A DNA stretch of 60,658 nt, filler included, from 4 parts of 4 records of this genome joined end to end with filler, not necessarily neighbours in it, one strand, 5' to 3'; shown: positions 1 to 10,477, counted from the whole stretch's first letter. Numbers and translations are program-made. The notes: generated from the letters alone by a model not told the origin.

Positions 1-263
1 ACGGTGTGCGCAAGGTCAACATCGACACCGACAACCGCATGGCGATGACCGGTCAGATCCGCAAGATCCTGAGCGAGAACCCGGGCGAGTTCGATCCGCG
101 CAAATATCTGAAGCCTGCCCGCGATGCCATGCAGAAGCTGTGCATCGAGCGTCTGGAAGCCTTCAACACGGCCGGCCAGGCGTCCAAGATCAAGAAGATC
201 GTTACGCTTGCCGATATGGCGAAACGCTATCAGTCTGGCGAACTGGATCCGAAGATCGCCTGA
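1..263 (+). CDS. fba: Fructose-bisphosphate aldolase class II, C-terminal part (5'-truncated at window start)
   Basis: GVRKVNIDTD and FDPRKYLKPA motifs of class II FBA C-termini. Confidence 0.92.
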   Translation, partial: GVRKVNIDTDNRMAMTGQIRKILSENPGEFDPRKYLKPARDAMQKLCIERLEAFNTAGQASKIKKIVTLADMAKRYQSGELDPKIA

Positions 264-303
264 TTTTCGGCCGGACCGGCAGAGAAATTCTTTCACTTTA
301 TTG

Positions 304-328
304 AAAGAGGGGCCTTGCGTCCCTCTTT
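304..328 (+). terminator. Probable intrinsic terminator after fba
   Basis: Hairpin AAAGAGGG-gccttgcgt-CCCTCTTT shortly after the fba stop; short U-tract. Confidence 0.5.
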
Positions 329-379
329 CGCCGTCTTTAGGGACAAAATCCCGATCAGACATCAATCAGGACCGCACAA

Positions 380-1021
380 GTGAACCGTCCCCGCCTCTTT
401 CTCGTGACGCCGCCGGAATTTGACACCGCCGACATGGCGGAAAAGCTCAAACAGGCCTTCACCGGTGGTGACATCGCTTGCGTGATGATCTACCGCCCGG
501 GCGCCAGCACCAAGGATCTGCAAGCCGCTGCCAGCGAACTTGTTCCGATCATCCAGGAAGGCGGTGCGGCGGCCATCGTCTATCGCGATACCCAGGCAGC
601 CGGCCGCAGCGGCGCCGACGGCGTCCACGTCGACACCTCGCTGGAAGACCTGAAGCTGGCCGTGGAAAGTTTCAAGCCCGATCGTATCGTCGGCACCGGC
701 GGAACGAAGCTGAAACATGATTCCATGGAATGGGCCGAAACCGGGGTCGACTATATCTTCTTCGGCAAATTGGACCTGCCCGAAAAGGCCGAGGCCCACG
801 ACAGGACCCTGTCCAGCGCCTCCTGGTGGGCAGAATTGTTCGAAACACCCTGCGTCGCACTTGCCGGCAACACGCTTGAAACTCTGGGAGACGTTGCCGC
901 GACCGGAGCAGATTTTGTTGCCCTCAAGGATGCTGCCTGGCAACCGGACACGGATATTTCATCCGTGATTGCCGAAGCCAATCGTATTCTGGACGCCCAT
1001 CCCTTTCCTGAAGTCGAATAG
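380..1021 (+). CDS. Thiamine-phosphate synthase-like (TMP-TENI fold) protein
   Basis: PRLFLVTP start, GADGVH, GVDYIFFG, PCVALAG and GADFVA motifs. Confidence 0.8.
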   Translation: MNRPRLFLVTPPEFDTADMAEKLKQAFTGGDIACVMIYRPGASTKDLQAAASELVPIIQEGGAAAIVYRDTQAAGRSGADGVHVDTSLEDLKLAVESFKPDRIVGTGGTKLKHDSMEWAETGVDYIFFGKLDLPEKAEAHDRTLSSASWWAELFETPCVALAGNTLETLGDVAATGADFVALKDAAWQPDTDISSVIAEANRILDAHPFPEVE

Positions 1022-1035
1022 CGAGAGCTGGATGC

Positions 1036-2196
1036 ATGCCGACACCTGAAACGAGCCTACGCCGGAAACTTCACGCCCCCTTTCTGCTTGCGGCAGGGTT
1101 GCTGGCAGCTGGAATGCTGTCATCCGTGTCGTTTTCTCCGGCCATTGCCCAGGACAACACCGGCACCAGCGAAACAACAGAGGCCGGTGACGCGGCGCCA
1201 GAGCCGGACGTACCAGTAGGCCCGGATGGCAAACCGTTACCGGTGCTGATCGACGTCACGACCAAGGACAAGACACTGCTGAGCATTGTCGACGCGGGTC
1301 CGCCGAAACTGGAAGAAGGCGAAGTCGCCAACGCTGATACCGCATACACCGCTTTTCAACGCGGCTGGTTCCTGACCGCGCTCGGTCTTGCGACCCCTTT
1401 GGCGGAACAGGGCGACAAGGCCGCCCAGGCCCTGCTAGGCGTGCTGCACGAGGCCGGGCTCGGTATTCATCAGGACAAGGCCAAGGCTGCCGACTGGTAC
1501 AGCCTGGCCGCCGCCAAGGGTGATACCGGCTCTGCCATGCAGCTGGCCCAGCTCTATCTGCTCGGCACCGGTGTCGAAGTCGACAAGAAGAAGGCAGCGG
1601 ACCTGTTCGAAGAGGCCGCCAACGCGGGCAATGCGTCTGCGCTCTACAATCTCGCCCTGCTCTACGAGGAAGGCGAAGGCCGCCCCTTCGACGAGAAGAA
1701 ATCGCGAGAACTTCTGGAAGAAGCCGCCCAGCTAAACGATCCGGAAGCGCAATACGCGCTCGGCCTCTCCTATCTGGAAGCCCAGACCGGGCTGAACGAC
1801 CCCGGCCTGGGTGCGTTCTGGCTCGGCCGTGCAGCCCGCCGCGGACACACCTCGGCGCAGGTTTACTACGGCATTCTGCGGTTCCAGGGTAAAGGCGTCG
1901 ACCCGAACGAGACGGAAGCCGCCGACTGGTTCGAGCGGGCCGCCACGTCCGGCAACCCGGTCGCGATGAACCGGCTGGCGCGGACCTATGCCTACGGTCG
2001 TGGTCGGGAACAGGATTTTGCCGCCGCAGCGGGCTGGCACCTGATTGCGCGCACCTTGGGTGTTTCCGATTTCTCGCTCGACCGGATTATCGAAAGTCTG
2101 GACGAAACAACTATGGATGAAGCGCGCAAGCTGGCTGAACAATATTCGGCCACATTGATGGCCCCGTCGGAGGAGCCCGGCAAGGAATCTCCGTAA
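1036..2196 (+). CDS. Exported Sel1-like repeat protein
   Basis: Signal-peptide-like N-terminus; repeated AQxxLGxxYxxGxGxxxDxxKAxxW Sel1 units. Confidence 0.88.
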   Translation: MPTPETSLRRKLHAPFLLAAGLLAAGMLSSVSFSPAIAQDNTGTSETTEAGDAAPEPDVPVGPDGKPLPVLIDVTTKDKTLLSIVDAGPPKLEEGEVANADTAYTAFQRGWFLTALGLATPLAEQGDKAAQALLGVLHEAGLGIHQDKAKAADWYSLAAAKGDTGSAMQLAQLYLLGTGVEVDKKKAADLFEEAANAGNASALYNLALLYEEGEGRPFDEKKSRELLEEAAQLNDPEAQYALGLSYLEAQTGLNDPGLGAFWLGRAARRGHTSAQVYYGILRFQGKGVDPNETEAADWFERAATSGNPVAMNRLARTYAYGRGREQDFAAAAGWHLIARTLGVSDFSLDRIIESLDETTMDEARKLAEQYSATLMAPSEEPGKESP

Positions 2197-2441
2197 ACCT
2201 TGCGAGGAAGCGCGGAATCGTAAGGATGTTTGCCTTTTTTCCTTGAACTCCACCGGCTTTTGTGGTGGACAGGCGCGAGCAAATTTCAGGCGCATCGGCG
2301 GCCCGCCGGTCTCGCCCTGCTAAAGGTTCTGTTGAGTTTTGGAGTTTTGTCGTGGTTTGGGTGGAGTTTCCACCGGACGCGGCGGATTTCTAATGGTCAA
2401 CAGACCCTAAGATCCAAACAAATCAAACAGTCGGTCGTTCC

Positions 2442-3005
2442 ATGAAAATCAACGGAAACGAAATAAAGCCCGGTAACGTGCTTCAGCACCAGGACACGCT
2501 TTGGGCGGTTGTCAAAGTCCAACACGTCAAGCCAGGCAAAGGCGGTGCCTTCGCACAGGTTGAAATGAAAAACCTGCTCGATGGCCGCAAGCTCAACGAG
2601 CGTTTCCGCTCCGAAGACAAGGTCGAGCGCGTCCGTCTGGAGCAGAAAGACTTCCAGTATCTCTTCACCCAGGAAGACATGCTGATTTTCATGGACACCG
2701 AAACCTACGAGCAGCTGGAACTTCAGGCTGATTTCGTTGGCGACCGCGCCGCTTTCCTGCAGGACGGCATGATGGTGACCGTGGAACTGCATGAAGAGCG
2801 CCCGATCGGCATCACCCTGCCGCAGTTCGTGACCCTGGAAATCCGGGAAGCCGACGCGGTGGTAAAGGGCCAGACCCAGTCTTCGTCCTACAAGCCCGCG
2901 CTCATGGAAAACGGCGTCCGCGTGATGGTACCTCCGTTCATCACCGCCGGCGAAAAGATCATCGTCGACACCGGTTCACTGGAATACGTCCGCCGCGCGG
3001 ACTGA
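2442..3005 (+). CDS. efp: Translation elongation factor P
   Basis: [10 protein letters not shown] loop, KPALMENG and VPPFI motifs; 187 aa. Confidence 0.97.
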   Translation: MKINGNEIKPGNVLQHQDTLWAVVKVQHVKPGKGGAFAQVEMKNLLDGRKLNERFRSEDKVERVRLEQKDFQYLFTQEDMLIFMDTETYEQLELQADFVGDRAAFLQDGMMVTVELHEERPIGITLPQFVTLEIREADAVVKGQTQSSSYKPALMENGVRVMVPPFITAGEKIIVDTGSLEYVRRAD

Positions 3006-3078
3006 TCTCCTCCCGGCAAGACTTCAAATTGGCGCGCCCGGATTTTGCCGGGCGGCGCCCAACAACAAGTGACAAACA

Positions 3079-3885
3079 ATGGCCCGCACAGCTCTCCTCA
3101 ACGTGATGGTTCAAGCCGCAACGAAAGCCGGACGCTCTCTGGTTCGCGATTTCGGTGAAGTTGAAAACCTTCAGGTGTCCCGCAAGGGACCCGGCGATTT
3201 CGTCTCGGCTGCAGACCGCCGCGCCGAGGACATTGTGCGCGCCGAACTGACCAAGGCCCGCCCGACCTTCGGGCTGGTCATGGAAGAAAGCGGTGAAGTC
3301 GAGGGAACCGACGGCCAGCATCGTTGGCATGTCGACCCGCTCGACGGCACCACAAACTTCCTGCACGGCATTCCGATCTTCGCCACCTCCATCGCACTGG
3401 AACGGGCTGGCGAGATCGTGGCCGGGGTCATCTACAATCCGGTGATGGATGAGCTCTACACCGCTGAACGCGGTCGCGGCGCCTTCCTGAACGACCGTCG
3501 CCTGCGGGTTGCCGGCCGAACCGAATTGCATGAGATGGTGTTCGGCACCGGCCTGCCCTTCATCGGGTCGGGCGACCATGGCCGGACACTGCGCGAGCTG
3601 CGCTACATCATGCCGGAAGTCGCTGGCATCCGCCGCTGCGGCGCAGCTGCCCTCGATCTTGCCTGGACCGCGTCCGGCCGTCTCGACGGCTTCTGGGAGC
3701 GCAACCTGAACAGCTGGGACATTGCGGCCGGCCTCCTGATGGTGCGCGAAGCCGGTGGTTTCGTCACCGATCTTGAGGGCAAGAACAAGATGCTGGAAAG
3801 CGGCGATGTGGTTGTCGGCAACGAAGACGCCCACAAATACCTGCTGCAGCTCCTGAAAAAGGCGGCAACCCCGGCTCAGGGCTGA
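3079..3885 (+). CDS. suhB: Inositol monophosphatase family protein SuhB
   Basis: WHVDPLDGTTNF and WDIAAG motifs. Confidence 0.93.
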   Translation: MARTALLNVMVQAATKAGRSLVRDFGEVENLQVSRKGPGDFVSAADRRAEDIVRAELTKARPTFGLVMEESGEVEGTDGQHRWHVDPLDGTTNFLHGIPIFATSIALERAGEIVAGVIYNPVMDELYTAERGRGAFLNDRRLRVAGRTELHEMVFGTGLPFIGSGDHGRTLRELRYIMPEVAGIRRCGAAALDLAWTASGRLDGFWERNLNSWDIAAGLLMVREAGGFVTDLEGKNKMLESGDVVVGNEDAHKYLLQLLKKAATPAQG

Positions 3886-4158
3886 TTGCCTCCAGCACTT
3901 CCCGGCAGCACTGCGACGCGAACACTTTCATCTTCGAAAAGCGCATGACGCTGACTTGAAATGGGTGCGGCGCAAACCGCCCACCCCGGGAGACGGGACC
4001 CACGGCCCGTCTCTTCATGAGAAGGCCTTTGGATAAACCGGGTGGTTTTCGGGCTTTCCAGACTTTATTCGGGCCTCTTCGGCAATTCGAGGTTTCCAAG
4101 CCGTTAAAAATCACGCTATCAATCAGTTACGTCCAATTCAGGTGATTGATAACGCAAT

Positions 4159-5148
4159 ATGGCCCGTGAATTTGACCCCTATAGCCTGTCCAGTCCGCGG
4201 GCCTATCTGACCTTCATGATCATCTTTCTGGTGATCGTTGCCTTCATCGCCTTCATCCTGTTCCCGCAGATTTCGACGGCCTTCATGAGCAACCCGGGTC
4301 TGAATGGCCTGATCGTGCTTGTCGGCGTGTTCGGTGTGCTGCTGCTCTTCGGCCGCGTGATCCGCCTGTTCCCGGAAATCTCCTGGGTCAACAGTTTCCG
4401 GATCGGCGACCCGGGCCTCGACACGCGTTCGCCGGTGCTGCTGGCGCCGATGGCTGCCCTGCTCGGCAACAAGTCCGGCGACATGGCCCTGACGCCAACC
4501 ACCGCCCGCTCGATCCTCGATTCCATCGGAATGCGTCTTGAGGAAAGCCGCGAGATGTCGCGCTACCTCACAGGCCTCCTGGTTTTCCTCGGCCTGCTCG
4601 GCACGTTCTGGGGCCTGCTCCAGACCGTCAGCTCGGTCGGTGCAACCATTCAGTCGCTCGACGTCGGCTCGGGTGATGCCAACGTCATCTTCGAGGACCT
4701 GAAAGCAGGCCTGGAAGCGCCGCTGTCCGGCATGGGCACGGCCTTTTCGTCCTCGCTCTTCGGTCTGACGGGCTCGCTTGTGCTCGGCTTCCTGGATCTG
4801 CAGGCGGGACAAGCCCAGAACCGGTTCTACAACGAACTGGAAGACTGGCTGTCCACGGTCACTGACATCGATCCGGAAGAAAGCCTGTTCAATGCCCCGG
4901 ATTCACCCGGCGTCGAACAGATACAGGCCTCGATCTCCGCCCTGCAGAAAAGCGTTGAGGAAGGCGGCAGCAAGAATGCCAACCAGGCCATGGCCAATCT
5001 GGCCGAAGGGATTCAGGGCCTGGTGAAACACGTTCGCTCCGAACAGCAGATGATGCGCGACTGGGCCGAGGCCCAGGGCGAACAGCAAAAGCGCATCGAA
5101 GGGCTTCTGTCCTCGATCGCCGCCGCTTTCGACCGCGCGAAGGAGTAG
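4159..5148 (+). CDS. MotA/TolQ/ExbB-like proton-channel membrane protein
   Basis: TM helices with LGLLGTFWGL and GMGTAFSSSLFG motifs; helical C-terminal tail. Confidence 0.8.
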   Translation: MAREFDPYSLSSPRAYLTFMIIFLVIVAFIAFILFPQISTAFMSNPGLNGLIVLVGVFGVLLLFGRVIRLFPEISWVNSFRIGDPGLDTRSPVLLAPMAALLGNKSGDMALTPTTARSILDSIGMRLEESREMSRYLTGLLVFLGLLGTFWGLLQTVSSVGATIQSLDVGSGDANVIFEDLKAGLEAPLSGMGTAFSSSLFGLTGSLVLGFLDLQAGQAQNRFYNELEDWLSTVTDIDPEESLFNAPDSPGVEQIQASISALQKSVEEGGSKNANQAMANLAEGIQGLVKHVRSEQQMMRDWAEAQGEQQKRIEGLLSSIAAAFDRAKE

Positions 5149-5151
5149 ACG

Positions 5152-6192
5152 ATGGCCGGACTGGCAGGATTGCGCGCTCGCCGAAGGGCCCAGTCGACCG
5201 ACTACTGGCCCGGCTTCGTTGATGCCATGGCGACACTGCTGCTCGTCATCATCTTCCTGCTGTCCATCTTCATGATCGCCCAGTTCTTCCTGTCGCAGCA
5301 GCTTTCAGGCCGCGACACGGTGCTGAACCGGCTGAATGCCCAGATCAGCGAGCTGACCGAGCTTCTCGCCCTGGAGCGCGCCAATTCCGGGGAGCTGGAA
5401 GACACGATCCTCGGCCTCCAGGCCAGCCTTTCCGATGCGCAGAGCGAACAGACCCGGCTGCTTGGCCTTCTGGAAAACAGTTCCGGTGCAGCCGATGCGG
5501 CCGGCGGACGCGCCACCCAGCTGGAAAACCTGCTCGACGACGAACGTCAGATCAGCCAGGACGCCCTTGCGCAGGTGGAGCTGCTCAATCAGCAGATCGC
5601 GGCACTACGCCGCCAGATAGCTGCCGCTAACGCTGCTCTTGAAGCTTCCGAGGCAAAGGAAGCCGACAGCCAGGCCAAGATCGCCAGCCTCGGCAAGAGG
5701 CTGAACGCCGCACTGGTTCAGCGCGTGCAGGAACTGTCGCGCTACCGCTCGGACTTCTTCGGCCGCCTGCGCGAAATCCTGTCCCAGCGTTCCGACATCT
5801 CCGTTGTCGGCGACCGGTTCGTGTTCCAGTCCGAGGTACTTTTCGACAGCGGTCAGGAAGACATCAATCCGGAAGGCCGGCAGGAGCTCGACAAGCTTGC
5901 AGACGCCATCCAGGAGCTCAGCGGTCAAATTCCGGACGAGATCAACTGGGTGCTGCGTGTCGACGGGCACACCGACGCCCGCCCCCTGTCGGGCAGCGGA
6001 CGCTTGCGTAACAACTGGGAACTCTCCGCCGCCCGCGCCATTTCCGTGGTCCGCTACCTGATCGAACGCGGCGTCGACCCCAAGCGGCTTGTCGCAGCTG
6101 GGTTCGGCGAATTCCAGCCGCTGGAAGAAGGGGAAACACCGGACGCCCTGGCCAAGAACCGCCGGATCGAACTGAAACTGACGGAACGCTGA
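5152..6192 (+). CDS. MotB-like protein: TM Asp, long coiled coil, OmpA-type peptidoglycan-binding domain
   Basis: WPGFVDAM TM with conserved Asp; VDGHTD, NWELSAARA and KNRRIE OmpA-C motifs. Confidence 0.85.
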   Translation: MAGLAGLRARRRAQSTDYWPGFVDAMATLLLVIIFLLSIFMIAQFFLSQQLSGRDTVLNRLNAQISELTELLALERANSGELEDTILGLQASLSDAQSEQTRLLGLLENSSGAADAAGGRATQLENLLDDERQISQDALAQVELLNQQIAALRRQIAAANAALEASEAKEADSQAKIASLGKRLNAALVQRVQELSRYRSDFFGRLREILSQRSDISVVGDRFVFQSEVLFDSGQEDINPEGRQELDKLADAIQELSGQIPDEINWVLRVDGHTDARPLSGSGRLRNNWELSAARAISVVRYLIERGVDPKRLVAAGFGEFQPLEEGETPDALAKNRRIELKLTER

Positions 6193-6295
6193 GACTCACG
6201 TCAGCTCAACGGATCCTGAGGAATGCACGCGTGATGTCGGGCGAACCGGGCATGCCGGCTTGACTTTTCCGCCCTCAGACGGACTTTTCAATTTC

Positions 6296-6985
6296 ATGCA
6301 GATCCTCAAAGGCCATTGGCAGCTCATCCTCATTACCGCCGTGATGTTCCTCTTTTGGAACACCTTCCTGGTCGTGCCCTTGAAGATCCTGATCGTCTAT
6401 CTGCATGAATTGTCACACGCGCTGGCGGCCATCCTGACCGGTGGTTCCGTGGAGGAAATCTCTCTCTCGCCCTGGCAGGGTGGCCATGCGATCACACGCG
6501 GTGGCAGCCGGTTCCTGACGCTGACAGCCGGGTATCTCGGCTCGCTCGCCATCGGCATGGCACTCTTGATGATTGCCCTGAAAACAAATGCGGACCGCAT
6601 CGTGCTGGGCCTGCTCGGCGCCTTCACCTTGTTGGTCGCACTGCTCTATATCCGCGATCTCTTTGCCCTCGTCTTCTGCATCGGCACCGGCGTGGCCATG
6701 CTGGCGGCGGCCCGGTTCCTCAGTGTCACGGTCAACGACCTGATCCTGCGCGTCATCGGCCTGACCAGCATCCTCTACGTACCTTTCGACATTTTCGACG
6801 ACACCATCCGTCGCTCAGGTGCCCGTTCCGATGCCTACATGCTGGCGGAAGAGTTTGGTGGCCCCACGATTTTCTGGGGTGCACTCTGGCTGCTGGCAAG
6901 CCTCGCCATCATCTACCTGTGCCTCAGACACGGCCTCGGGAAGAGCAGCAACGTCGATTTCGGAAAGCGCGTTCAAAAGGGCTAG
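6296..6985 (+). CDS. M50B-like membrane metallopeptidase
   Basis: HELSH zinc motif, AGYLG and SDA motifs, multiple TMs; ATG at 6296 preferred over TTG at 6260. Confidence 0.8.
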   Translation: MQILKGHWQLILITAVMFLFWNTFLVVPLKILIVYLHELSHALAAILTGGSVEEISLSPWQGGHAITRGGSRFLTLTAGYLGSLAIGMALLMIALKTNADRIVLGLLGAFTLLVALLYIRDLFALVFCIGTGVAMLAAARFLSVTVNDLILRVIGLTSILYVPFDIFDDTIRRSGARSDAYMLAEEFGGPTIFWGALWLLASLAIIYLCLRHGLGKSSNVDFGKRVQKG

Positions 6986-7054
6986 CGATTGCCGCTTGAC
7001 CTGACCGACCGCAAAGGATGACCCTTGGCGGACACATCCTTACCGGAGACCGCC

Positions 7055-7303
7055 ATGCTGGATCTGCGCCCCAATTGTGAATGCTGCAACAAGGACCTTC
7101 CACCGGAATCCGAAGAGGCCTTTATCTGTACTTTCGAATGTACGTTCTGTGCGGACTGCGCCCAAAATGCCCTGCATGGCGCATGCCCCAACTGCGGCGG
7201 CAATTTTCAACAACGCCCAATTCGGCCGGCAGCAGCCCTGCTTCGCCATCCAGCTTCGACACAACGGATCTTCAAGCCGGAGGGCTGTGGCCAGGGCACC
7301 TAG
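7055..7303 (+). CDS. DUF1272 family cysteine-rich protein
   Basis: MLDLRPNCECC...ICTFECTFCADC...CPNCGG pattern; RBS-like GGAG upstream of ATG 7055. Confidence 0.85.
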   Translation: MLDLRPNCECCNKDLPPESEEAFICTFECTFCADCAQNALHGACPNCGGNFQQRPIRPAAALLRHPASTQRIFKPEGCGQGT

Positions 7304-7312
7304 GGCGACTGC

Positions 7313-9106
7313 CTAGAGCAGATTGCCCCCGACAAAGATAATCAGAAGGCCTGCGCCGCTTGCAGCCAGTCTCTGCAGGGGCTTTCTGAAGCCTATGACA
7401 CCGTAGGAAACAAGGCCCAGCCCGAGGCCGATCTTGGCCGCGGCAAGCAGCGCCGGCAGCGGGCGGGCCGCAAGCTCCAGCACCGCCGGATTGGCGACCA
7501 TGGCCAGAGGAATGATGTAGAGGCCAATGCCGAGCGCCATGGCGGAAAGAGCGACCTTCAGCCAGTTTTCGCCAATCATCCCGGCGGCGATGAAGACGGC
7601 TCCGCAGACCGGCGGCGTGATGGTAGACAGCAGCGCGAACCAGAAAACGAAAAGATGCGCCTGCAAGGGTTCCAACCCCTGCTGCATCAAGGCCGGTCCG
7701 GCAACGGAAACACAGATGACATAGGCCGCGGTCGTCGGCACTTCCATACCGAGGATCAGACAGGCAAGCGCGGTCAGGAACAAGGACGGCCACAGGTATC
7801 CACCCGACCCGGACAGAATGAGCGAAGTGATCTTGACGCCGAGCCCGGTGATCGCCAGCACGCCGATGATGATCGATGCACAGACGATGATCGCCGCGAT
7901 GACCGATACCTGACGGGCCGAGTTCAAAGCCGCGCTTTCCAGCCGCAGCAGGATGTCCTTGAGTGCGAAGGTTCCTTGGGCGTTGAAGAAAAGCAGCGCG
8001 AACCCGGCCAGAATGGCAATGCAGGCAGCGTATTGCGGTGTATAGCGCGCGACGAACATGCCCCACAGCAGCACGGAGAACGGCACCAGGAAGAAGGCTG
8101 AGGTAATGGCCACCTGGCGCATTTGCGGCTGATCGCCCTGGTCGATGGCAGCAAGGTCATACCGCTTGGCATAGGCATTGATGCCCACCCAGACCGCGAA
8201 GAAATAAAGAATTGCAGGAAGCAAGGCCGCTGCCATGATCTGGGTATAGGGCACCCGTGTCAGCTCCACCATGACGAAGGCCCCTGCCCCCATCAAAGGC
8301 GGCATGATCTGGCCGCCGGAGGACGCAACTGCCTCGACGGCTGCCGCCAGTTTTTTAGGGTAGCCGAGCCGCGTCATGGCCGGAAGAGTGATTGCACCGG
8401 TGGAAGCCACATTGGCAGACGCGGAGCCTGAAATGGAGCCGAACAGCGCCGAGGACAACACGGACACCTTGGCCGCCCCGCCCTTGAGCCGGCCTGCCGC
8501 GGCAGCAGCGACGTTCATGAACCCTTGTCCGGCTTCCCCGGCATTCAGAACAGCGCCGAAAATCACGAAAATGGCGACCACACCCACCGAGACACCTGTC
8601 AGGCTTCCCCAGACCCCACCTTCAGCAATGGTCAGTGTGCCGAGAAAACTTGCAAGCGGCGTGCCGGAGTGACCGAATTCACCCGGAATATGCTGACCGA
8701 ACATGCCATAGGCCAGTGCCAGCGCCGCCACCACCGGCAACGGCCAGCCGATTGCGCGACGCGCGCCTTCAAGCACAACCAGCAACAGGGTGCCGGCCAT
8801 CCAGAACTGGAAATTACCTTCCAGAAAGCCGTATTGGTCCGAAAGCGCGGACTGGTTGGCCACGATCCACAGACAGACGGCCACACCTGCAGCACACAGG
8901 ATTGCACCGCTCAAGCGCGTGAGAAAACCGCCTTTGGCAAAGATGAAGATCCATGGCAGGGCAAGTGCAAGATGAAGCGGCCGACTGACGAGGTTCGGCA
9001 CCAGACCGGAGAAGATCAACCCGAGATGAAATACGACAAGCGCCGTTGCGAGAAGAAGCATGGCCATTCGCTGGAAGGGCGATGTCGCGGTGTCACCACT
9101 GATCAT
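7313..9106 (-). CDS. TRAP transporter fused (4TM/12TM) permease, TAXI type
   Basis: SGSASANVASTG, EAVASSGGQIMPPLMGAGAF and ITPPVC motifs; very hydrophobic. Confidence 0.92.
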   Translation of the reverse strand: MISGDTATSPFQRMAMLLLATALVVFHLGLIFSGLVPNLVSRPLHLALALPWIFIFAKGGFLTRLSGAILCAAGVAVCLWIVANQSALSDQYGFLEGNFQFWMAGTLLLVVLEGARRAIGWPLPVVAALALAYGMFGQHIPGEFGHSGTPLASFLGTLTIAEGGVWGSLTGVSVGVVAIFVIFGAVLNAGEAGQGFMNVAAAAAGRLKGGAAKVSVLSSALFGSISGSASANVASTGAITLPAMTRLGYPKKLAAAVEAVASSGGQIMPPLMGAGAFVMVELTRVPYTQIMAAALLPAILYFFAVWVGINAYAKRYDLAAIDQGDQPQMRQVAITSAFFLVPFSVLLWGMFVARYTPQYAACIAILAGFALLFFNAQGTFALKDILLRLESAALNSARQVSVIAAIIVCASIIIGVLAITGLGVKITSLILSGSGGYLWPSLFLTALACLILGMEVPTTAAYVICVSVAGPALMQQGLEPLQAHLFVFWFALLSTITPPVCGAVFIAAGMIGENWLKVALSAMALGIGLYIIPLAMVANPAVLELAARPLPALLAAAKIGLGLGLVSYGVIGFRKPLQRLAASGAGLLIIFVGGNLL

Positions 9107-9274
9107 GGGCTGGTATTTCTATCTGGTTGCGCAGCTTATCGGCCGAAGGGGCGACATGCCGCTGCACGGTTTCATTCTGTCAGAGCGCTCTCCTGCGCAA
9201 GGCAGGGAACTGATGCTTTTGGACAGTCCTGGAAGGGCCCGTTGGACGATTTCCGCCGGACCACTGTGTCTGCA

Positions 9275-9329
9275 CGAACGATACGGGGCGCCATTTTCCG
9301 GCAGATCCTGCCATGGCGCCCCGCGTTCG
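9275..9329. repeat. Intercistronic stem-loop between the TAXI binding protein and the permease
   Basis: CGGGGCGCCAT...ATGGCGCCCCG inverted repeat with outer CGAACG/CGTTCG arms. Confidence 0.6.
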
Positions 9330-9339
9330 GTCTTGTGAT

Positions 9340-10296
9340 TTACTTCTGGGCGTCGGTCAATTCAATGCCGGCTTCCTGATAGTAGCGTGCGGCACCCGGG
9401 TGGATCTTGCCGGTGATATTGGCCATCAGTGCCTGATCGACACCGTTCCACCACGGGGCTTCTTCGCCCATCTTGGCTTTTTCGTCCCAGAAGGTCTTGG
9501 TCAGGGCATAGGCTGTATCGTCGTCCATGGCGCTGGTCGTATAGGCAACGACCGGCAGCGAGGTGGTGACGATGTCCTCGGCCTGACCGGCATAGGTCCC
9601 GGCCGGAATGACCAGTTTAGAACGCTTGGTTTCGGCAATCTGGTCGTCGCTGAGCGAAAGCACTGTCACGTCCGCAGAGGCAGCCGCCTCGATGACATTC
9701 GGCGCGGGCCAGGAACCGGCGGTCACGAAACCATCGATCTGGCCGTTCTTGAGCGCGGCAACCGCATTGGAAAGTTCCGCGTCAGCGATGTTCACCTTGC
9801 CTTCGAGACCGAACATCTTCAGATATTTCTCGCCTTCCGTCGCACCGAAGGAGCCCTTGCCGAGAAGGATCGTCTTGCCTTCCATGCCGGCAAAGTCGGA
9901 AACACCACTATCGGCCGACATGACGAAATGCATGGTCAACGACGGGATCGGAAACAGGGCACGGATTTCATCGAACTTCGGATCGCCCTTGCCTTCGAAC
10001 ATGGCCTTGCCGCCCTGGGCAAGGGAAACGAGCGCTGGCGGCGTCGTGAACACATAGTCACCACCGCGCGCCTTGGCTTCCATCACGTTCTGAACGGAGC
10101 CCTGGCTTTCTTCCACGGTGACAATCATGTCGCCATTGCTGCCGGCCTTGATGGCTTCCGCGATCTGGACACCCATCTGGTAATAGGAGGAACCGGTCTT
10201 GGCGGATTTGTAGGTGATCCGCGTTTCCGCGTGAGCCTGGAACGAGCCAAAGGCGAGGGTCAGGCCAAAAGCAAGTTTCAAAAGTCTGTAGGTCAT
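9340..10296 (-). CDS. TAXI-family TRAP solute-binding protein
   Basis: Signal peptide; GSSYY, ESQGSVQN and IHPGAARYY motifs; adjacent to the fused permease. Confidence 0.92.
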   Translation of the reverse strand: MTYRLLKLAFGLTLAFGSFQAHAETRITYKSAKTGSSYYQMGVQIAEAIKAGSNGDMIVTVEESQGSVQNVMEAKARGGDYVFTTPPALVSLAQGGKAMFEGKGDPKFDEIRALFPIPSLTMHFVMSADSGVSDFAGMEGKTILLGKGSFGATEGEKYLKMFGLEGKVNIADAELSNAVAALKNGQIDGFVTAGSWPAPNVIEAAASADVTVLSLSDDQIAETKRSKLVIPAGTYAGQAEDIVTTSLPVVAYTTSAMDDDTAYALTKTFWDEKAKMGEEAPWWNGVDQALMANITGKIHPGAARYYQEAGIELTDAQK

Positions 10297-10446
10297 GAGC
10301 GTCTCCCGAATTTTTCAGGGAGATTATTGTGTGATCCTCAACGTGGCAACGCGTTTTCATATGATCTGGGTACGGCTCATGTCGAAAATTCAGCCATTCC
10401 ACACCCTGGGCGGGCAAGCCGGAAACATGCGTCTGGAAGGTCAAAC

Positions 10447-10477
10447 AAAAACCGCCGGCTGAACTCAGCCGGCGGTT
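10447..10477 (-). terminator. Intrinsic terminator of trcR
   Basis: AACCGCCGGCTGA-ac-TCAGCCGGCGGTT hairpin with A-run (U-tract on minus strand). Confidence 0.75.

Noticed and set aside
4159..6192. Zorya anti-phage system or flagellar stator
   Set aside because: No zorC/D/E or flagellar genes nearby, the A-subunit tail is short and the context is housekeeping; kept only as an orphan motor pair
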